DNA from: Parvularia atlantis
Lineage: Eukaryota
Direction of reading: 5' to 3'
Assembly: GCA_943704415.1 (NCBI GenBank)
Contig: CALSCO010000664.1
Span: 1 to 38,173 of the forward strand
DNA length: 38,173 nt
Shown: one piece after another, positions 32,036 through 38,173 of the stretch
Position numbering within the stretch: the first letter of the stretch is position 1
Layout: every line of letters starts with the position of its first letter
Position numbers and translations under genes: made by a program
Notes under the pieces: model-generated
What the model was told of the DNA's origin: nothing
Databases searched by the model: none
The model's input: the letters and a program-made list of their open reading frames with translations, nothing else

Positions 32036-33820
32036 TCACACGGCCGCCGATGGCGCGACGCGGTGCACGAGCACGTCGCCGACGTGGTCAAGCTCGGCCA
32101 CGCGCCCACTGATCGTGTCGGCCACAACGAGGCCGCCGAGACGCAGCAGGCCCGGCACGAGGGCCACGTACTGCAGACTATGGTGAGCGACGAATACCAG
32201 CCGCGCATGTGGCGATACCGCACCGGGAGGCGTACGGTCGCGGCCTGGTGCGGCTGCACGTCGCCGACGTTGAGCGACGTCAGCCCGACCGGCCAGAGCG
32301 ACTGCAGCTTGCCCTTGGCCACGGAGAGCGAGAGGCGCATCGGCTGCGCAGTGCAGTTGCGCACCTCGAGCGCGACCACAAAGTGTTGCTGCGGCCAGGC
32401 GGGGTGAGCGAGCGCAAACATATGATGGTAGCACGCCACCTGCACGAGCACCTCGGGCGGCACCGACGCCACCGCGACCTCGACCGCGTCCAGCTGCGGC
32501 ACCTGGCGACGCACCGCATCAGCGCCCATGTGGTCGCCTCACTGGCGCGCGCGTGCCTTGCGCGGCAGCTGGCTCGTCTGCAGCCGCCCCTTCTCGCCCA
32601 TCGTCGTCTTCCAGACAATGTCGAGCTTGCCGATGCCTGTGGCGATCTTGGCCTCGGCCCGCGCCGACTCGAGCGGCGTGAGCTTGTACAGGTACTGGCG
32701 CAGGTCCTGCGGCGCGAGGAACACGCCGCTGAGGTCTTTCCTGCGGTCGCCTGGGGGGCGCGCGCGGGCGTGTCAGACGCCGACAACAGGCAGAGACGCG
32801 CGGGCGCACACCGCGCGTTGTCCCGACCGTGTTGAGGTCGGCCGAGCTGAAGAGCGACGACGGCTCGAAGCGCACACTCTCGAGGTACATCATGCGCGGC
32901 GTCACGTTCTGGATCTGCGCTTCAAGAAAGACGAGGCTGCGCGTGTGCGACGGGACGTGAGCCGGCGCCGCTGCGTCCTGTCGGCGCGCCGCACCTGCGC
33001 TGGTTGTACACCTTGGTCTTGACCGTGAGCGGGTTAGCCACCTGGAAGCGGAAGAACTTGCGGAAGAACTTGCGCTCGTCGCGCGCGGTCGTGTACGAGA
33101 CCGAGCAGACAAGGATGTGCACGCCCAGCTCCTGCGTCCGCGCGGGCGGGTCGGCCCCGGCGGTGCCCCGGCGCGGGCGCGCGCACGCACCTTGATCTCG
33201 TGCGTCACGACAACGTCGACTAGGTCGGCCGGGTGCATCTCGTGGCGCGGGCGCTCGGTCGAGTCGGCGAGGACGAAGCGCTGCGACGTCGTCTGCACCG
33301 CGCAGCCCGGTCAGCGCAGCCGATCGCGCACGCGGGCAGAGGGCGCGCGCGCACCTGCAGCTCGGCCTTAACGGCGACGTCGCGCACAGGCGCGGACGAT
33401 TCGTTGTTGACGCAGACGTAGCTGGAGAAGACCTCGCCCAGGTAGATGGTGCCGAAGTTGAGAGGGAGGCGCATCATGTCGCTCACGGCGAAGGCGGCGG
33501 CCTCGGGCGCGGGCGCGAGCGGCGACGTCGGCGGCTCGATGCGTGCGGCGCCGCCGCGGGCGGGCGGATGCGCCGCGGCCGGCAGCGAGTAGGCCGAGAG
33601 CGGCGCGGGGCGGGCGCCGAGCAGGTCGTCGGGCTCGTGCATGCGCGGCGACTGCTCGGCGAAGCTGCGCGGCGCGGGAGGGTCAGGCGCGGGCGGGCGA
33701 TCGCACGTGGCAGGCAACGGCGGCGGCGGCTGCAGCGGCGGCGCACCCGGGCCGCGACAGGCGCATGACCTTGAGCGTGAGCGCGTGCTGCTCGGACGGC
33801 GCGGATGCGGCAGCCGACAT
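32036..33820 (-). CDS. TRAPPC13: Trafficking protein particle complex subunit 13 (DUF974); multi-exon
   Basis: [79 protein letters not shown]. Confidence 0.95.
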
Positions 33821-33920
33821 CGCCTCGACTGGGGGCCCTGTACACCCGGCTGGCGATCGACGCACAACTGCAGTCCGGTGACAACGTACACACGTGTGTG
33901 GGCTCGGCCCGCCTCTGCCA

Positions 33921-34966
33921 TCACTCGCGGCCGCGCAGCAGCAGCGCCGAGATGGGCGGGAGGCCCGTCAAGCCCGCCAGCGCGACCGGCTTGAGCGGTG
34001 TGGCCGCGAAGGGCGAGAGCGCGGCGACCGAGAGCGGAGAGGGTGGCGAGGGCGGCGAGCCCACGCCGCCCAGCGACCGCGCAAAGTGGTCCTCGACCAG
34101 GAGCGGCCCGAGCGAGCGCGTGAAGTGCTCGTCCACCGCGTCCATCGCGCTGTGGTACCCGAGCACGATCGCGCCCGCCGCCGGCCGCCCCGCGGGGGTC
34201 AGCGCGCCGAAGAGCGACGAGGTCGACAAGGCCGACGAGGTCGACGAGGCCGACGACAGCGCCCAGGACGCCGACGAGGCCGAGGACGAGGGCGGCGCCG
34301 ACACGGCCGGCAGCTGCGCCGTGACGATGGCTGGGGCGCCACCGGCGATGCGTTTACGCTTGCCGGGCGGGTCGGCCGCCATCGGCGGCTGCTGGTGGCC
34401 GTGTTGACCTTGAAGCTGCTGGTGCTGCTGGTGCTGGTGCTGCTGGTGCGCCGGCGACCACGAGCCCCGCCCCTCGCTCGACGACGCGTCGCTGCGCGCG
34501 CCCCCCGCCGGCGGCGAGTCCATCGCCGTAAGCTCTTGCAGGTCCGGCAACGACAGCAGCGACGGCAGCAGGCCGAGGCGCGGCTGCGCGGGCGGTGCCG
34601 AGTCACAGCGGCCGACGACGCCGAGCGGCGGCGCGGGCAGCTGTGGCGGGGGCGGCGCGGCTGCGCGATGCGCGTCAGCCAAGGCGTGCAGTGCATGGCG
34701 CACGGGACGACAGGCGCACCCGCCGCGCCGTCGTGCGCCTCGCCGGCCGCGCCGGTCCCGCCGGGCGTGCTGCTCGAGCGCCGGTGCCTGCGCTTCGCGG
34801 TGGGCGCGGTGGGTGCGGCGCCGTTGGCGGCGGCAGCGTGGTCGGCGTCGCCCGCGGCACCCCAGGTCGCACGCTCGTCCGACAGCGCCGCGGCGACGAG
34901 CGCGTCGAGCGCCGAGAGCGGGCGGTGGTGGTGCGGCGGTGCGTGGGCGTGCCGCGCGAGGTCCAT
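33921..34966 (-). CDS. Low-complexity protein with two Tondu (TDU) motifs, Vestigial-like/VGLL4-Tgi-like; 2 exons (intron 34661-34719)
   Basis: VDEHFTRSLG-PLL-VEDHFARSLG at 34068-34136; basic NLS-like KRRHRR and GKRKR; otherwise disordered. Confidence 0.75.
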
Positions 34967-35245
34967 TTGGGGGGGCGGGGGCGTATGCTTGGCGCGCGGC
35001 GGCTGAGAAATGCGCCGCGCAGGAATGCAGGGGGAAGGGAACAACAGGCCTAGATCTGCCCAGGCCGTTCCCACGCGGAGACGTGTGACGGACGTTGCCA
35101 CAAGCGGCAGGCACCGAAACGCGTGTTTCGTCTTCACTCGCACCGCACACAGAGCGCGCACACAACGAAGGGGGGCGGGGGAAACGTGGATCCGTTGACC
35201 TTGCTCGCACGCCTCGTGTTGCCAGCAGGCCAGCGTGCCGGCTCA

Positions 35246-37974
35246 TCACGCTGCCACCTCCGACGGCGCGTCCGCTCTGACCCCATCAACGGGCGCCGCG
35301 GGCGCATCGACCGCCGACGGTCCCACGAGCAGCGCGGGCGCGGGCGGGGCCTCAGGGGGCGTGGCCAGATCGTCGTCCTGGTCGATCACGGCCGCGCTGG
35401 GTTGCCACGACGGATGAGTCAGTGGCACGCGGCCGAAATTTCAAGTGCACGCGTGCGCGCGCGCACCTGGACGCGTCAAGCGCCGCCGTCTCCTCCGTAC
35501 GCAGGAAGATGCGGTCGTACTCGGTCAGGAACAGCGTGAACACGCCCGCGGGGATCTGCAGCGTCGGGCTGAAGACAATGCCGAGGTTGCGCACGGTCAT
35601 CTTGTTGCGGTCCTCGTGCTGCTGCACCCTGCGCGACCATGTGAGGACAGGACGCGAGTGAGTGCGCACAGAGCCAGCGCACTTGGTCAGATGCGCCATC
35701 AGTGCCTTGAGCAGGTCGCGGTTGACCGGCGGCAGCAGCGTGAGCAGCCGCGCGATCTTGGCGATGCGCTCCTCCTTGTCCTCGATCGCTGGAGGCAGGC
35801 GGGGCAGGCGTGAGCAAGGACGTGTGTGCACGACCGGGCGCGGGTGCGGCACGCACACGACGTGTCGAAAAACGCCATGCGCAGCTCGTTCGTCAGCACG
35901 GGATTGAGGATTTCGCGCAGGTACTGCTTGAGGAGGCCCGCCACCACATTCAGATCCATGCGCAGCTCGACCAGCGCCACGTCCTCGCCTGCGAACTCGT
36001 CAGCGTTGCGGCCACACCCGTGCTGCTGGCGCCGCACCCCGGTTGAACCGGTCCCGCAGCTCCTTGATCTCGGCCGCACTCCCCGACAGCCGGTACACGC
36101 CCTCCTCCTCGATACCTGCCGCGAGCGCGCGTGAGCCGCACGTCGCCTGCGCACTCGTTTGCACACGCACCCTTGGCCTCGATATATTCGATGCACCGGA
36201 ACACCACCGTCGGCACGTTGAGCGCGTTAGGCCCGGGCGACAGCTCGAACGAGCGCTGCAGCGTCGAGCCGAAAATCAACTTGCCCTGGTCGTCGGCCGC
36301 GGCGTGCTTGCCGTCCGCCGATTGGGCCCCCTCGCCGCCCTCCTCGACGGCCGTGGGCGAGCTCGCGTCGGCCGCCAGCAGCGACGCGTCGGAGGTCGTG
36401 GCGCCGACGTCGGTGCTCGATGAGCCCGCGCCGGTCGCACCCTTCTCTGCTCGTGCGAGCAAACCGTCAGCTCGCTGCACGCACGCACGCCGGCACGCCG
36501 GCACGCGCGCGCACTCGTCCAGTTGAACCGGCTGCGCACAGCCTTCTTCGGCGTGTTGGCGGCAGAGGGGTCCTGTGCGCACGCGTGCGCTCAGTGCACC
36601 GCGCAGATAGCCCACCACAGCCGCGCACTCACCACGGCCTTCTTGAACCTGCCGCGGGCCGCGAGTGCGTCAGTGTCACGGCTGCAGAGCACATGATGCG
36701 TGCGAGCGCGCACCGTGCCATCGCCGCCAGCCACGCCTCGCGGTCCTCGACGCCGGCCGCGCTAAACATGTGCCGCGGGCCGGTCGCGGGCGGCGCGGGC
36801 GAGAGACTGATCGCGTGCTTGTGATCGAGCGTGTCCGGCGCGACGTCGAACGCGTACGAGTGCAGCGAGATGATCGCCACGGGCTTCTCGTCCTGCTCAC
36901 CGAGCGCGCAACCGTCAAGCAGGCGCCGGCGCAGCACGGCCCACCGGCACACCACGTCCTTGCGATCCGTCTTGAAGAAGGCAAAGTCGCCGTTCTCGTG
37001 CAGCTCGCACAGGCGCGGCTTCCAGCCCATGAGCAAGCCGGCCTGGGGACACGGGGGTGCCGACGTCAGGCTGGACAGCGCCAGCTGGCGGCGCAGCGCA
37101 CCTTGTACGTCAGCACGCCCGCGCGCAGCACGTTGGACGGCGGCTCGTCTGCCTCGTCGTCCTGCCGCACGCGCACGCATCTGCGTGTGAGCGATGCGCT
37201 GCAACCGGCGCGGCCACGCCACGCACGTCGCTCAGCGGGCCGGCCGCCGAGCCCGCCGAGCCCGCAGCCGGGGCGCCTGCGTCCGCGGCCTGGGCCTCGT
37301 CGGCCTCGTCGTCCCAGACGGGCTGCATCATCTCAATGTGCATGCCCAGCACGCGCACCCAGTCATCGCGCTCCGAGTCGTTCTCGGCGCAGTAAACGTG
37401 GCGCACGCCGTCGTTCACAAGCAGGAACGCGTGCCTGCGGCGGATGTGCTCAGCACGGTGTGCAACGAGCCGCGGCGGCCGGTCGCACCGCATCGCCTCG
37501 ACCTCGTTGTCCGGCAGCGGCTCGACCGTCGCGTTCTGCAGCGACAGCTCACCGCTGGGGTCGCCGTCATCGTTGGCGCTGCGGTAGTACTTGAGGTTGC
37601 CTCCGCGGAAGACAAAGTAGCGCGGCTTCCACACGCGCAGCGTGCGTCCGCGCTTGGACAGGAAGCCCTCCTTCTGGCCGCCGAAGCGTGTCTGCTGCCG
37701 CGACCGCGGCTGTGAGCCGCGCGCGACGGCACGCAGGGGGAAAGGGCGGCGACGCGCGCACGCTCTTGCTGCCGACGGGCTGGGCCGGCTTGATGTCGGA
37801 CGCGAGGAAGGCGGTGAGGCCGGGCCAGTTGGGGCTGTAGATGATGATGTTCTGGAGGTACTGCTGCAGCGCCTGCTTGCGCGCGTCGACGACGGCGGGC
37901 GAGAGGCGCTTGAAGATGGACTTCTCGGGCAGGCGTCCGATCTTGGCGACGAGGTGGGGCATCTCTTTGCGGAG
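35246..37974 (-). CDS. PX-PH-PH-RhoGAP protein (Bem3-like), 5' end outside the window; multi-exon
   Basis: PX (LPEKSIF...RKQALQQYLQ), PH (KEGFLSKRG...WKPRYFV...ERDDWV), second PH (GVLTYK...WKPRLC...REAWL), RhoGAP (IFG, GVYRLSG, AGLLKQYLRE, NKMTVRNLGIVFSPTL). Confidence 0.93.
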
Positions 37975-38083
37975 CTGTGCGGGTGGTCGTTCGGGGCGTG
38001 TGAGCGAGCGTAGGTGAGTGAGGGTAGGCGCACGAGAGAGCAGCGGCGTGAGCGAGTAGTGCGTGAGCGAGCAGCAGCGTGTG

Positions 38084-38086
<3 letters not shown>

Positions 38087-38173
<87 letters not shown>
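38087..38173. repeat. (GA)n microsatellite running to the window end, probably intronic in the RhoGAP gene
   Basis: Seen directly. Confidence 0.97.

Noticed and set aside
33921..35249. TGATG overlap of the RhoGAP stop with a 442-aa ORF in frame with the TDU exon
   Set aside because: The upstream part of that ORF reads as off-frame noise. The spliced model starting at ATG 34966 has a canonical intron and a sensible sequence, so the overlap is probably chance.
500..37975. Introns as introner-type mobile elements
   Set aside because: They share only splice signals; I saw no full-length similarity, terminal inverted repeats or target-site duplications by eye.
1..38173. Long R/A/G-rich ORFs in the six-frame track (e.g. 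5328-7529+, 8038-9540+, 8751-10334+, 15949-17502-)
   Set aside because: They are antisense or off-frame shadows of real genes; stop codons are rare at this GC content.
1..38173. Alternative genetic code
   Set aside because: All in-frame stops in conserved genes fall inside plausible introns, and TGA, TAA and TAG all end genes.
38087..38173. Terminal (GA)n as a telomere
   Set aside because: It is a dinucleotide run inside an interrupted gene, with a similar run at 893-965; more likely a contig or window break at a microsatellite.

Overview
Gene-dense, very GC-rich eukaryotic DNA, most likely from a unicellular amorphean/opisthokont-like protist (inferred from WIP, PX-PH-RhoGAP, SAAL1, MGAT2, ABP34 and a TEAD-cofactor-like gene). 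Because genes are split by many short (~45-65 nt) introns (GTGCG...GCTGAC...CAG), the ORF track is fragmentary and the models below were spliced by hand. About 22 protein genes are recognisable, the first and last being truncated: WIP-like, F-box/LRR, aldo-keto reductase, CAMK-type kinase, ABP34, MGAT2, HAD hydrolase, NOL9, an unknown membrane protein with a duplicated RHH-like repeat, RlmI-like methyltransferase, C1-domain protein, DENN-RUN-DUF547 protein, small basic mitochondrial protein, TBL/PC-esterase, SAAL1, RPA3, TSR2, PPR protein, PP1 inhibitor-3, TRAPPC13, a tandem-TDU (Vestigial-like) protein and a PX-PH-PH-RhoGAP. No tRNA, rRNA, CRISPR array or transposon was seen. The most notable observations are (1) a VGLL4/Tgi-like protein with back-to-back TDU motifs and repressor-like motifs, (2) a kinase stop codon overlapping the next gene's start (ATGA), (3) frequent GC-AG introns, (4) TGTAA at several 3' ends, (5) intronless Golgi glyco-enzymes including a plant-like TBL, and (6) unusual domain architectures. 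Family assignments come from motif recognition, not database searches.
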